A stretch of 64,000 bases of DNA from an uncultured cyanobacterium (GCA_963803805.1 CAWDOD010000002.1:1344001-1408000); one strand, 5' to 3'. Shown: positions 32,124 through 42,958, numbered from the stretch's first letter. Numbers and translations: made by a program. The notes: generated from the sequence alone by a model not told the origin.

Positions 32124-32436
32124 AATTTTTTTACATTAACTTTTTTATCTTTAGATTCACCCTAGCTGTTATTGCCTGATAATGACTTGCTACCCTGTGT
32201 CACTCAATTAACCGTCTTAACCTTAGAGATATAAAGAGCGTTGGCGATGCTCAAAAAAACTACAACCACAGTTAAAAAGATTCCGTAAATTGCCTTAACA
32301 GGTCTTAACGACGATAATTTACCGTCACCGTCATAGAATAGACTGGTAGAGAAATAGCTAAAGACCTAAAGACCTCCTAAAAACTAACAATATTGAGACT
32401 TTTAATAGCGATCCCCCTTACATTGATATTTGAAAT

Positions 32437-32898
32437 ATGACTGCAACTTTATTTCCTAATGCACCAGACGTTAACCAAGAAGATTACTGTGTATTTGGTT
32501 TAGCTACCTGTTTTGTTCGTGATGAAAGCGAAGTGCATCAAGTCGAGGTGATTGAACCAATTCCCTCTTCTGCCCTGGAAGCTATCCTCAAAGGCATCCC
32601 CACTTCCTACAAATTTGCTTGTGCTAAAGTTCTAGGGGATATATTTCGTGAAGAGCAACTACAACTTCCCCCTGATTTTCCTAGTGAGACAAGGTTTTGC
32701 GATGATTTTGTCGAAAGGGCTGTTGCTAGTTCTCGTACCTACAAAACTCGTCCCGAAGCTATGGTACATATTCCTTTGGGAACTCTGAAGGATGATTTTA
32801 ATTATTCCTTAGAAAGAAAAAGAGTCCTAAATATGAATCGTGTTGTTTCCACTGACGATAATGTCAAGCAACACTCCCATACCCATAAAGTTCTTTAA
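32437..32898 (+). CDS. Conserved cyanobacterial hypothetical protein
   Basis: GLATCF, EPIPS, GIPTSY and DNVKQH.HTHKVL; directly upstream of the GST gene. Confidence 0.8.
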   Translation: MTATLFPNAPDVNQEDYCVFGLATCFVRDESEVHQVEVIEPIPSSALEAILKGIPTSYKFACAKVLGDIFREEQLQLPPDFPSETRFCDDFVERAVASSRTYKTRPEAMVHIPLGTLKDDFNYSLERKRVLNMNRVVSTDDNVKQHSHTHKVL

Positions 32899-32912
32899 AA
32901 TAAGCGGTTATT

Positions 32913-33473
32913 ATGTTGAAATTATACGGTGCTGCCCGTAGTCGTGCTGCCATTGTTGAGTGGTATCTCGAAGAGTTAAATATTCCCTATGAATTCGTTT
33001 CCCTGGATCTCGCTGCCGGGGAACACAAACAACCAGAATTTTTAGCCATTAATCCCATCGGTAAAGTTCCAGCCATTGTTGATGGGGAGTTTCAACTTTG
33101 GGAATCTGGGGCAATTCTTCTTTACCTAGCTGAAAAATACGGTAAGATGCCGACATCAGTAGAAGAAAGGTCAAAAGTAGCTCAGTGGGTTTTATTTGCT
33201 AATGCCACTTTGGGTACTGGCATATTCACAGAAGCTAATCGAGAAAAAGAAACTCCTCGTTTATTGACCCCCCTCAATGATATTTTGAAGCAACAACCTT
33301 TTCTATCAGGGGAAGAATTTAGCGTTACGGATGTAGCAGTAGGTTCTGTTTTAGCTTATATTCCTATCATGCTTAAGCTGGATCTAGGGGATTATCCTGC
33401 CGTCCAGAATTATATTAAAAAAATGTCTGAACGCCCTGCTTTTCAAAAAGCCATAGGTAGCCGTTTTAGTTAA
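32913..33473 (+). CDS. Glutathione S-transferase
   Basis: INP.GKVP, LWESGAI..YL and FS..D. Confidence 0.95.
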   Translation: MLKLYGAARSRAAIVEWYLEELNIPYEFVSLDLAAGEHKQPEFLAINPIGKVPAIVDGEFQLWESGAILLYLAEKYGKMPTSVEERSKVAQWVLFANATLGTGIFTEANREKETPRLLTPLNDILKQQPFLSGEEFSVTDVAVGSVLAYIPIMLKLDLGDYPAVQNYIKKMSERPAFQKAIGSRFS

Positions 33474-33556
33474 CTAGACGGATTGATTTAAACTCGCTAA
33501 TCTAGAGGTGAGCAGATATTGCTTTTTTGTTTACCACACAACAGGATTAGAGTGCT

Positions 33557-33697
33557 ATGTCAGACCTAAATCGTGGCATCATGAAGTTCGACAATGCCGA
33601 CAAACCTGTCGTTGTTGCCGTCTCAGCCGCCGTTATCTTAAGTAGTATCTTTTTACTGATTCTCTGGGCCCTTAGAGTCGCTTATACAGTCAATTAA
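33557..33697 (+). CDS. 46-aa single-TM microprotein
   Basis: Hand translation MSDLNRGIMKFDNADKPVVVAVSAAVILSSIFLLILWALRVAYTVN; AGGA upstream; below the ORF-track size cutoff. Confidence 0.75.
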   Translation: MSDLNRGIMKFDNADKPVVVAVSAAVILSSIFLLILWALRVAYTVN

Positions 33698-33748
33698 GAG
33701 ATGGGAAGATGGGGAGAAAAACAGATAATATCTGGAAATATAACCCCG

Positions 33749-34807
33749 TCACCTTGTCACCTTGTCACCTTGTCTTAATCTCTTATGTCTAATACAATCA
33801 CGCCCAATATCTTTTGCTTCGTATAAAGCAATATCAGCGAGTTTAATTAATTGAGAAATTTCTACAGCTTCTGTTGCTGTTGCTGATACCTGACCGATAC
33901 TAAGACTTAAAGAAAAGTTTACTGTACCATTAGTGATGGGTTCACTTCTTACCCGCGACAAAATACGATTAGCTAAGAATATTCCCTCATCACCAGAACA
34001 ATCTGCGGCAAAAACTAGAAATTCATCGCCTCCATATCGGGCTACGAAGTCGTAGTTTCTTAAAGAAGAACGAATTCTCTGGGCAACTTCTTTTAATGCT
34101 ATATCTCCTACTACATGGCCATACTTATCGTTAACTTCCTTGTAGTAGTCAATATCTAACAACATCAGCACAACTTGCTGCTGCTTACGTTTAGCATTTG
34201 AGAACTCACGAGTTAACAAAATATTCATACCTTTTCGATTCCACACCTTGGTGAGGGGATCAATTAAGGCTTCACGCCTCGCCTCATTTAACTCTGCAAG
34301 TAACTTTGCTTGAGCCTCACTCAAAGCTGATAGTCGGAGTTCATTCTCTACCCATGCCGCTAGACTACTTAAGGTTTCTATATCTTTTGGTGAGAACTGT
34401 CGTGGAACTAGGTCTATAATACACAATGTTCCTAAGTTCCTACCGTCGTATTTCAAGGGTTGTCCAGCATAAAAGCGAATATAAGGCTCCTCTGTTACCA
34501 AGGGATTATCTGCAAAGTCTGGATTAAGCAATGTATCCTCAATAACTAAAGTGTCATTGCTGAGAATAGCGTGGCCACAAAACGAGATTTCCCTGGGAGT
34601 TTCGGAGGCTGTCAATCCCTGGGCTGATTTAAACCACTGGCATTTTTCGGAAACGAGGGATACGAGGGCAATGGGAACCTTGAAGATAGTTTGAGCTAAT
34701 CTGGTGATGCGATCAAAACGTTCTTCGGCTGGAGAGCAAATGATTCCCAAAGAATCAAGTGCTGCTAGTCTTTCTTTTTCATCGCTAGGTATTTGTGGCC
34801 TTTTCAT
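33749..34807 (-). CDS. GAF-GGDEF diguanylate cyclase
   Basis: SFCGHAI and IRFYAG.PL (GAF); DPLT..NR, DID..K.VND.YGH..GD, RNYD I-site and RYGGDEF. Confidence 0.95.
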   Translation of the reverse strand: MKRPQIPSDEKERLAALDSLGIICSPAEERFDRITRLAQTIFKVPIALVSLVSEKCQWFKSAQGLTASETPREISFCGHAILSNDTLVIEDTLLNPDFADNPLVTEEPYIRFYAGQPLKYDGRNLGTLCIIDLVPRQFSPKDIETLSSLAAWVENELRLSALSEAQAKLLAELNEARREALIDPLTKVWNRKGMNILLTREFSNAKRKQQQVVLMLLDIDYYKEVNDKYGHVVGDIALKEVAQRIRSSLRNYDFVARYGGDEFLVFAADCSGDEGIFLANRILSRVRSEPITNGTVNFSLSLSIGQVSATATEAVEISQLIKLADIALYEAKDIGRDCIRHKRLRQGDKVTR

Positions 34808-35218
34808 GTTAAGTGATTTCAGGGCTTAATTATAAATTATACGGATTATCATTAACAAAGCTTTCAATAATGCAACCAGTTCTAGATAAAATTACGCCTT
34901 AAATGCTTGATTATTTTTTTGTGAGGATTATTCCTAAACAAAGTAATTATTTCTAAGTAAAATTAGATTGGAAAGCTTTAGCCTAACTTAGGTTTTCGCT
35001 GCAAGGGTTTATTTACTTTAACAATCTGCAACCTCTTACTGGCAGCTTTTTGAGGATCAGAAATTTTGCCTAGTGTTTCGTACCCAAGAAAGATTTTAAT
35101 GGCCAAAATATCTGATTTTCGACATATATTAAGTTATGTAAAGTTAAGACTAGAGACAGACGTGGATAGAGAGAGTTTATCGGCATCTTAATATGTAGGG
35201 ATATTAACGGATGTAGAG

Positions 35219-36769
35219 ATGAGTCAAGCCTACGATGTAATTATTATTGGTGCTGGTGCTGGGGGAGGAACCCTTGCTTATGGTTTAGCCTCTACGGGTA
35301 AACGCATTCTCATTTTAGAGCAGGGAGATTTTTTACCGAAAGAGAAAGCTAATTGGGAAGCTGATGAGGTTTTTACCGCTGAACGCTATCAAACGAAAGA
35401 AGAATGGTTAGATAAAGAGCAAAAAGCCTTTAATCCCGAAGCTTATTACTATGTGGGAGGGAATACCAAACTCTACGGGGCGGCATTGCAAAGAATGCGC
35501 CAAGAGGATTTTGGTGAAGTTAAACATTGTGATGGCATCTCTCCAGCTTGGCCCCTTGATTACCAAATATTTGAGCCTTATTATACCCAAGCAGAAAAGC
35601 TTTATAAAATTCATGGTATAAGAGGAGAAGATCCTACCGAACCACCAGCATCAGAAGATTATCCCTATCCTGCTTTACCCCACGAACCTCGCATTCAAAA
35701 AGTGGCCGATGGTTTAAAAGCGTCGGGTTTACAACCTTTTCATCTTACTTTATCTCTTGATCGGGATGTAGAAAACCCTCAAAGAAGTAAATGTATCCGT
35801 TGCGATACTTGCGATCCTTACCCTTGTTTGATTGATGCTAAGTGCGATGCTCAAGTTGCTTGTGTTGACAAGGCTTTAGAATATGATAATGTCACTTTGT
35901 TGGTTAATAGCCGTGTTACTCGCTTAATAACCAATGAGGCAGGAACAGCAGTCAAGCAAGTAGAAGCTGAGGTTGAGGGACGAACGGAATTATTTTCTGG
36001 GGAAATTGTTGTCGTTTCCTGTGGGGCAATTAATTCTGCCCGGTTGCTATTAGGTTCAGCTAACGAAAAATATCCCAACGGCTTGGCTAATTCTTCTGGT
36101 TTGGTGGGGCGCAACCTTATGTTCCATAACCACTCAGGAGTAACAGCCATTTCTACTCAACGTAATGAAACTGTTTTTCAAAAAACTTTAGGTTTCAATG
36201 ATTTTTATTTCCAAGGGCCAAAAAGTGACTATCCTTTGGGTTCAATTCAGTTAACAGGTAAGGCTAAGTGGCAACGCTTACAAAAGTTTGCACCTCCATT
36301 TATTCCTAAGTTTGCACTCCAATATATGGCTAATCATTCTGTGGATTTTTGGGTGACAACGGAAGATTTACCCCGCCCAGATAATCGAGTTTATCTCAAT
36401 TCTCAAGGGAAGTTAGTGGTGGAACATGAGGTAAATAATCTTCAACCTCACCAAGAGTTAATTGAGGTTTTAAAGGAATATTTACGCAAACAAGATTTCT
36501 ACTTTTTCTGGACAAATCGAATGCCCTTAAAGGTGGTTTGGCATCAAATTGGTACTTGTAAGTTTGGTGAAAGTCCTAAAACTAGTGTTCTCAATTTAGA
36601 TTGTTGCAGCCACGATATTGAAAATTTGTACGTGGTTGATGCTAGCTTTATGCCTTCGATGGGGGCAATGAATCCTACTTTAACTATGATTGCTAATGCT
36701 TTACGAGTAGCTGATCATCTCAAAGAAAGATTAGGGGTTACTCAAAAACCACAATTAGTTAATCAATGA
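35219..36769 (+). CDS. GMC family oxidoreductase
   Basis: IIGAGAGGG, VGGNTK.YG, GRNLM.H, HQ.GT and NP.LT..ANALR. Confidence 0.93.
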   Translation: MSQAYDVIIIGAGAGGGTLAYGLASTGKRILILEQGDFLPKEKANWEADEVFTAERYQTKEEWLDKEQKAFNPEAYYYVGGNTKLYGAALQRMRQEDFGEVKHCDGISPAWPLDYQIFEPYYTQAEKLYKIHGIRGEDPTEPPASEDYPYPALPHEPRIQKVADGLKASGLQPFHLTLSLDRDVENPQRSKCIRCDTCDPYPCLIDAKCDAQVACVDKALEYDNVTLLVNSRVTRLITNEAGTAVKQVEAEVEGRTELFSGEIVVVSCGAINSARLLLGSANEKYPNGLANSSGLVGRNLMFHNHSGVTAISTQRNETVFQKTLGFNDFYFQGPKSDYPLGSIQLTGKAKWQRLQKFAPPFIPKFALQYMANHSVDFWVTTEDLPRPDNRVYLNSQGKLVVEHEVNNLQPHQELIEVLKEYLRKQDFYFFWTNRMPLKVVWHQIGTCKFGESPKTSVLNLDCCSHDIENLYVVDASFMPSMGAMNPTLTMIANALRVADHLKERLGVTQKPQLVNQ

Positions 36770-36776
36770 ACATTGA

Positions 36777-36971
36777 TCACTGATTAGCCCTAGTATCCTG
36801 TACCGCAGCCCAAAATAAGAAGCCACTAATGGGAATACAAGCAACAAGAATAATTAATGTTGTCAAATTCCCTAAGTCAGGATCTCCGTAAGAAAGTTCA
36901 AAAATTGAGCCAACTGCGGCGATCGCAGTGATACAAGATCCTAATAAAAATACACCACTTTTTGGTGTCAC
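36777..36971 (-). CDS. Small two-TM conserved hypothetical protein
   Basis: GTG start with a GGGAG RBS, two hydrophobic helices and AVGSIFEL..G.P; directly downstream of def. Confidence 0.75.
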   Translation of the reverse strand: MTPKSGVFLLGSCITAIAAVGSIFELSYGDPDLGNLTTLIILVACIPISGFLFWAAVQDTRANQ

Positions 36972-37010
36972 TACGGTAGCTCCCTTAATTGTTAGTTATT
37001 ATTGATTTAT

Positions 37011-37574
37011 TTACTCTATAGTCTCAACTGCGTTAGCTGAGAAACCTTGTTTATGTAATTCCTCTGCTAAGACTAAATCATTTTTCACCCTGTCCACAAA
37101 TAGTACTCCGGTGAGATGATCCATTTCGTGTTGAATGGCGCGGGCTAAAAGTCCTTTGGCTTTCATTTTGCGGGGACGGCCATTTTCATCTTTAAATGTT
37201 ACCTGAATCCCTCTAGGACGAATAACATCTAAATAAACTCCTGGTATGCTCAAACAACCTTCTTCCCCTGGACATAAATCAGAACTGTACTTGGTTATTT
37301 TAGGATTGATCAAAACTAAAGGAGGATTAGCTGCATTTTCTGGATCGCAGTCAATGACAATTAACTGCTTATTGAGTGCTACTTGAGGGGCTGCCAAACC
37401 AATACCATCAGAACTATACATGGTTTGGAGCATTTCCCGAATCAACAGACGAACGCTATCATCTACCTTATTAATACGTTTGCTAGGCTGACGTAGGGCG
37501 CGATCGCCAAGATAATGGATTTGTAAGGGGGGCTTGGCTAATTTAGTTTTTTCTACAGCTACTAGAGAAGTCAT
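37011..37574 (-). CDS. def: Peptide deformylase
   Basis: GIGLAAPQ, EGCLSIP and QHEMDHL motifs. Confidence 0.97.
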   Translation of the reverse strand: MTSLVAVEKTKLAKPPLQIHYLGDRALRQPSKRINKVDDSVRLLIREMLQTMYSSDGIGLAAPQVALNKQLIVIDCDPENAANPPLVLINPKITKYSSDLCPGEEGCLSIPGVYLDVIRPRGIQVTFKDENGRPRKMKAKGLLARAIQHEMDHLTGVLFVDRVKNDLVLAEELHKQGFSANAVETIE

Positions 37575-37731
37575 AAATGGGTTTAATATACGCAAAGTCA
37601 ACTAATTTTTTGTTAAGGATCTCAAGAATTACTAATGATTATCGAGACGCTCTAGGCGCTTCTCTTTATTATCTTAAAAGAATTTAGCTATAAGTGCATC
37701 ATTGATAACTGATTATCGATAACTAATTTTT

Positions 37732-38559
37732 ATGTCTTCACAATGGCAATATCTGCTCAAAAATCTGGGGGAATGGCAAGGTTCTTTTACTCGTTTATCT
37801 CCCCATGGAGAAGAGTTAGAAGATATACCAACTATTGTTACTCTAGAAGGGTTGAATGACAATAAAACCATACATCAACTTGTACGTAAGCTTCCTCCTC
37901 ATCAGCCTGCCAATGATTTAGTTTTAGAATATAGTTCGTTAGGAAAAAATGTTCTCTTTTTCGAGAATGGTGCTTTTTCTCAAGGTTCGATGCAATGGAG
38001 TCCTTATTCTCAATTTGGGGCAGAATTAGGTCTGATTTGGGGTGATCGCCGTTTGCGTTTAGTACAGCTTTTTGAAGGTTCTGGTGATAGTAAGTTAACT
38101 AGCTTGACTTTAATCAGAGAAAAGTTAGCTGGTTCACAAACCCCTGAACGTCCTCCTTTAAGTTTAGAACAGTTATTAGGAGAATGGCAGGGAGAAGCGG
38201 TAACTATGTATCCTGACATGAGAAAAGCTGATACTTTTCAAACTCATTTAGCTATTCAACACGAAGGTGATAGTCGCTTTAAACAGAAGTTAACTTTTGG
38301 GACAAGAACTATTGAATCTTCAGCACAAATCACTGATTCTAAGTTAACTTTTGACCAAGGGAAGATGCCCATACAAGTTTTATTTTTACCTGACGGTTGT
38401 TCTGCTAATTGCCCTTTACAAATCAAGCCTCGTTTACCTTTTGTTCTCGAACTTGGTTGGTTAGTTGAACCAGGATTGCGGCAGCGAATTATTCGCAGTT
38501 ATAGTGCTAAAGGGGAGTGGTTGAGTGTTACTTTGGTTGAGGAAAGGAAGATTGGGTAA
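37732..38559 (+). CDS. DUF3598-type tandem beta-barrel protein
   Basis: SQW..LL.NLGEWQGSF, a second GEWQG, and LFLPDG.S. Confidence 0.8.
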   Translation: MSSQWQYLLKNLGEWQGSFTRLSPHGEELEDIPTIVTLEGLNDNKTIHQLVRKLPPHQPANDLVLEYSSLGKNVLFFENGAFSQGSMQWSPYSQFGAELGLIWGDRRLRLVQLFEGSGDSKLTSLTLIREKLAGSQTPERPPLSLEQLLGEWQGEAVTMYPDMRKADTFQTHLAIQHEGDSRFKQKLTFGTRTIESSAQITDSKLTFDQGKMPIQVLFLPDGCSANCPLQIKPRLPFVLELGWLVEPGLRQRIIRSYSAKGEWLSVTLVEERKIG

Positions 38560-38602
38560 TAGCTAGTTGCTAGTTGCTAATTGCTAGTTGCTAATCGCTA
38601 AT
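38560..38602 (+). repeat. Heptamer tandem repeat (TAGTTGC) directly after the stop codon
   Basis: agctagttgctagttgctaattgctagttgctaatcgcta. Confidence 0.8.
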
Positions 38603-38924
38603 GGGTTAAAATCATAGCTTATCTTGGTTAGTTTAATTAGCTGTCTTTTAGATTAGAAGCGTGACACTTCGGAGAATTAGTAATGTTATGAGAGGTTGTA
38701 TGGACTCTGATTTTTACTAGTGGATCATGAATTTACTATTAAAGGTCAGGATAAATGTTTACTTTCTTTGCCTATTTAAAGAAGGTTCCCAACCACATCT
38801 CCAAAAAAATTGATTAAGATTGAATTTTATCCAATGAGATAATTATAACACAAATTTCGTTTTGCTACCAAGGCTAAGATGATCAGACATCAGAAACAGG
38901 TAAGATGCAAATCCATAAGTATTA

Positions 38925-38986
38925 ATTAGCTATTAGCTATTAGCTATTAGCCATTAGCCACTAGCCACTAGCCACTAGCCATTAGC
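38925..38986. repeat. Heptamer tandem repeat (TTAGCTA/CTAGCCA) abutting the ccs1 stop
   Basis: attagctattagctattagctattagccattagccactagccactagccactagccattagc. Confidence 0.85.
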
Positions 38987-40337
38987 AATTGACAGTTTCC
39001 TTCTCTTTTTCCAATACTTTATTTTGAGAATGTAACTCTTCTATTATTCCAATAACTTCTCTTTCAAAAGTAACTTGGGCGCGGTTTGTTTTACCGCCAA
39101 TATAAAAGCGATCGCCTTTTTCTAATGCCCAAATTTGCGAGTGAGAAACGTAACTCATCATTACACTAATCATCAACAAACCAAAGCCAGTATAAACGAA
39201 AGGTATACCAGGATCAGCTTTTATTTGTAAGCCGGTTGCTCCAATTAATTCTAATACTTGTAAGTTAATGCCATTAACTTCAGCAGACATTCCTGGACGT
39301 ATAGCACTAACGAGTTGACCTGTTATGTCATAAACTAACATGGTTCCTTGCAAGTCTTTAGCCAGTAAAGAAACTCCTTCACTTAAATCTGGTTTTGTGG
39401 GTATCCAACTTCCCCAAATTCGCCCTTGTCCTTGAAGCTGTAAAGGGGCCATAGGAAATTGGAAAGCAGGACTATTATTCAGTTTTACTTTTACCCCAGC
39501 AATACTCCAATCTGTTTGATAGAAAGTGATACCTTGGTAACGTAGGGGTTTGTTGACGTAAATAGTTTGTCGGTCTAACTCTTTGTCTTCTTGATCAACA
39601 ACAGAAAGGTCAGAGTAAAACTGGTCTATTTTCCCTGATGAACTGTAATCTATCCAAAAACGATTAACCTTGACTGACCAATCTTGATTAAGTTGAGAAG
39701 GGGCAAAAGGGCCAGCATCAAATATGTTTTTAATCTGAAAAGTTGCTCCGCTAGGAACCATTTCTTGGGCAATAAATCCCGTTAAAGCTCCGATTATTGC
39801 TCCGGCCAAAATCAGTAACATACTAGCATGAACAATTATAGGACCTATACGTCCTATTATGCCTTTGCGGGCATAAAGTTTATCATCGGTTTGAAAGATT
39901 AAATAGTTGCGTTTTTTTAATAGAGGAATTAAGGAATTAAGAGAACCTGCATCTAATTCTGTACTCAGAGCAAGTTTGGTAAATTGTTTAGGCTTTTCGT
40001 AATATTGCCATAAACGGGCTGATTTTAAGGCAGGAAATTGGCGAGTGAAAGTACAGGCGGTTAAGCTACTACCAAATAAAATTAATAAAGAAAGAAACCA
40101 CCAAGTACGATAAACATGATCTAAACCGAGAATTAAAATAATCTTCCAAGTTACAAAACCAAATAGGGCTGGAGATAAGGGATAGTTCTCTTGATAAAAG
40201 GCGACAGATTGTCCTTGTTCAATTACTGTACCGCTAATACTAAAAACCGCGATCGCTAATAATAAAACTATAGCGAAACGTAAGTTGGCAATTATACTAA
40301 GCAGTTTACGCGTAGAAGTTTTAAAAGATCTTGTCAT
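38982..40337 (-). CDS. ccs1: Cytochrome c biogenesis protein Ccs1/CcsB (ResB family)
   Basis: GTVIEQ, Y..WWF, SL.ACT..RQ, GPIIVH, VN.PL.Y.G..FYQ and K.DPG.P.VY.G. Confidence 0.93.
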   Translation of the reverse strand: MTRSFKTSTRKLLSIIANLRFAIVLLLAIAVFSISGTVIEQGQSVAFYQENYPLSPALFGFVTWKIILILGLDHVYRTWWFLSLLILFGSSLTACTFTRQFPALKSARLWQYYEKPKQFTKLALSTELDAGSLNSLIPLLKKRNYLIFQTDDKLYARKGIIGRIGPIIVHASMLLILAGAIIGALTGFIAQEMVPSGATFQIKNIFDAGPFAPSQLNQDWSVKVNRFWIDYSSSGKIDQFYSDLSVVDQEDKELDRQTIYVNKPLRYQGITFYQTDWSIAGVKVKLNNSPAFQFPMAPLQLQGQGRIWGSWIPTKPDLSEGVSLLAKDLQGTMLVYDITGQLVSAIRPGMSAEVNGINLQVLELIGATGLQIKADPGIPFVYTGFGLLMISVMMSYVSHSQIWALEKGDRFYIGGKTNRAQVTFEREVIGIIEELHSQNKVLEKEKETVNC

Positions 40338-40352
40338 AATGTTAATTAAAAA

Positions 40353-41093
40353 TTAAAAAATGCCCACAGGAAGGCGAGATAAAAGGGAAAATACACCAAA
40401 TCCTAATAATAGCGCTCCGCTAAGAGAATTAATCCACCCAGACCAACGACGCAGTTGTAAAATCTTTTTAATAGAAGCGGTGAATGTTCCTGCTAAAATT
40501 AAGGGTGCAACATAACCTGCCCCGTAAGCAAGTAATAAGAATCCTCCGAAAACTAAGTCTTGAGTTTTTGCTACCCAAGCTAGTAAAGTAGCGAGTACGG
40601 GGGTACTGCAAGGGGAAGCGATTAAACCGAAAGTTAAACCTAATAAATAGGAACGTATCCCATCGGGTAATTCATCTGTAATCCAATCCGTTGCCCCTAA
40701 AGAAGGGAAGCGTAATGGGACGATTTCTAAAAGGTTAAGCCCCATGAGAATGGCAATGATGCTAACGAAGATGGGCAAGCCAATACCAATTTGCCCATAA
40801 ACTTTACCCAAAGAAGCCGCAAAAATACCTAACCCAGCTAAAGTAGTTGCTAAGCCTAAAGAAAACCAGATTGATTGGAAAAGCCCTTGCAATTTACTTT
40901 TCTCTTCGTAGCCGCCAATATAGCCAATGGTGATAGGCAACATAGAAAGCATACAAGGGGTAAGACTAGTTAGTAACCCAGCCGCAAAAATGATGCCTAA
41001 GCTTACGGGGCTTAGGTGGGTTAGCTGAGTAGAAACCAAGTTATTAGCAAATTGTTCAAGTTCGTAAAGTTGAGTTTGTAAAGTTTCCAACAT
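40353..41093 (-). CDS. ccdA: Cytochrome c biogenesis protein CcdA (DsbD TM domain)
   Basis: SLTPCMLSMLP and ASPCSTPVL cysteine motifs. Confidence 0.95.
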   Translation of the reverse strand: MLETLQTQLYELEQFANNLVSTQLTHLSPVSLGIIFAAGLLTSLTPCMLSMLPITIGYIGGYEEKSKLQGLFQSIWFSLGLATTLAGLGIFAASLGKVYGQIGIGLPIFVSIIAILMGLNLLEIVPLRFPSLGATDWITDELPDGIRSYLLGLTFGLIASPCSTPVLATLLAWVAKTQDLVFGGFLLLAYGAGYVAPLILAGTFTASIKKILQLRRWSGWINSLSGALLLGFGVFSLLSRLPVGIF

Positions 41094-41272
41094 TAAAAGA
41101 TTGAGGTTAAAGAAAATTCATACTTTTTTTAAGATTGTAACTTAGGTGATGGCTAATAGCTAATAGCTAGTGGCTAATTGAGTTAATAAAATTAAAATTT
41201 CTTTGCATTAAAACTAGATTTTTTTGGGTTTGGTTAGGATGGTGTTTTATATTTTGAATCAAGAAGAAAAAG

Positions 41273-42046
41273 ATGATTTCTGACAAAACACCATTAGATA
41301 CTGCTTTCGCTAGAGATAAGTTTTTACTGCGACAAAAACACCTTTCTTTTTCTGAGAAATATTATGTCTGGGATGAAGAAGACAAGGTGATTTTATTTGT
41401 TGAACGTCCTAGCCATTTTTTACAAAACTTAGGTGCTGCTTTTGCTGGTATTATTCTTGGCATTGCTGCTGCGATCGCTGTAGACATTTTATAGTCTTTT
41501 TTACTACTAGGAATTAGTAGCTATCTCTTGATTTCCCTTGACTTTTGCATTGCTTTGTTAGTTGCATTTATAGTAATAATTTTTCTTGCCCCTAAGCGTC
41601 ATATAAATATTTACCGCGATGATAGCAAAACAGAGCAATTATTAGAAATTCAACAAGAGACTAAATGGCAATTTCCTTATGCTTATTATCAAATTAAAGA
41701 TGCCCGTGGCATGAAGTTAGCTAGATTACAAAAGAATTATTTTTATGACCTGATTAGAAAGCGTTGGTACTGCTATCTTAATGATGGTTCTCTTTTATGT
41801 ACTATCAAAGAAGATTCTATCGTTATGGCAATTTTACGTCGCTTCTTTGGTAGTTTTTATGGTTTATTGAGAAGTAACTTTGTTATTCTTGCAGGTAGAA
41901 GAGAAAGATTAGTGGGAACTTTCAACCGCAAGTTTACTCTTTTAAATCGTTATGTTCTGGATATGAATGATGATTCAGAAAGAGTTATTGATCGCCACAT
42001 TGCTGTTGCTATTGGTATTATGTTAGATACAGGAGAAAGAAGATGA
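41273..42046 (+). pseudogene. LURP-one/scramblase-like protein interrupted by one in-frame TAG
   Basis: ORFs 41273-41494 and 41528-42046 share a frame; the only break is TAG at 41492-41494. Motifs LRQK..S..EKY.V.D and RKFT...RY.LD. Confidence 0.7.
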
Positions 42047-42131
42047 TACGCGATTACAAGCAATTTGAAAAAAATAATTTTACAGATTTGTGCAGTTGTA
42101 AGAGAAAATGTCACAATATAAAGTATTAGAT

Positions 42132-42151
42132 AATAAAGTCTAGACTTTATT
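42132..42151. promoter_or_regulatory. Perfect 20-bp palindrome upstream of the 42176 operon (candidate operator)
   Basis: AATAAAGTCT-AGACTTTATT, ending 24 nt before the ATG. Confidence 0.4.
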
Positions 42152-42175
42152 CTCATAGCTAAGGTTCTGCAACCT

Positions 42176-42958
42176 ATGGAAACAGAGCAAAGTCCTAAAT
42201 CCCAAGAGCTACTTAAGAGCCTAACATTAGACATAGAAGGTTCACAGTTGTCTTTTGAGAAATTTTTTCAAGCTCAGAAACAATTAGCCAAACTACTTCA
42301 CGAAGTAGATCGAGCTATTGCGAACAATAAGCGTCCTGCTGTTGATTGGATAATTGCTAAAGTTCATGGGGGTAGCGTCCATCTCACTCTTGAAGGCGTT
42401 CCTAAAGAGAAAGTTGAACCTTCGCATATTGCAGAAGTCCTTGAAGTTGTTGAAAAGGGAATAGCAACAATTGTAGAACGTCCTGAACGTCCTCCTTATT
42501 TCTCTGATAAAGCTTTAGAGAGTACTAAAGCTTTAGCCAAGTTAGTAGAAAAAGAGTTTTTTGCAATTCAATTAAGTGTTAATTCACAACGTACTGAGCT
42601 AAACCAACATATAGTAGTTAATGTTGATGAAATTATTGGTGGTAAATATAAAAGCTTTGGAACTGTGGAAGGAATTCTTAAGGCAATAGATGTAAGTCGT
42701 CGTCCTTTTTTTAGAGTATATGATCTATTGACAAATAGAAGTGTTAGTTGCTATTTTCAGAAGCATTCTCTCGACGATATTAAAGATGCCTTGGAAAAGA
42801 GGGTCGCTATTTCAGGATTAATAACTTCGAGAGAAGATGGAGAGAAAATTAGCATTCAGGTAGAGGAAATTAATGTTTTCCCCAATGAAAATGAGTTGCC
42901 TACTATAGAAGAAATGATTGGAATTGCCATTCAGAGAGGAAAAGGAGGACAAGATTGA
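42176..42958 (+). CDS. Hypothetical 260-aa protein, putative atypical antitoxin/partner of the PIN gene (C-terminal half OB-fold-like)
   Basis: Intact ORF overlapping the PIN start by 4 nt; beta-strand pattern GTVEG.L..ID...F.VYD....V.C.F...KRV.ISG. Confidence 0.75.
   Translation: METEQSPKSQELLKSLTLDIEGSQLSFEKFFQAQKQLAKLLHEVDRAIANNKRPAVDWIIAKVHGGSVHLTLEGVPKEKVEPSHIAEVLEVVEKGIATIVERPERPPYFSDKALESTKALAKLVEKEFFAIQLSVNSQRTELNQHIVVNVDEIIGGKYKSFGTVEGILKAIDVSRRPFFRVYDLLTNRSVSCYFQKHSLDDIKDALEKRVAISGLITSREDGEKISIQVEEINVFPNENELPTIEEMIGIAIQRGKGGQD

Noticed and set aside
33748-33774. Functional C-terminal repeat in the diguanylate cyclase
   Set aside because: It is an 8-bp tandem repeat (GTCACCTT) overlapping the stop, typical of intergenic short repeats and not codon-phased.
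38603-38924. Small ORF or sRNA between the convergent DUF3598 and ccs1 genes
   Set aside because: Only very short ORFs without motifs are present, and there is no clear structure.
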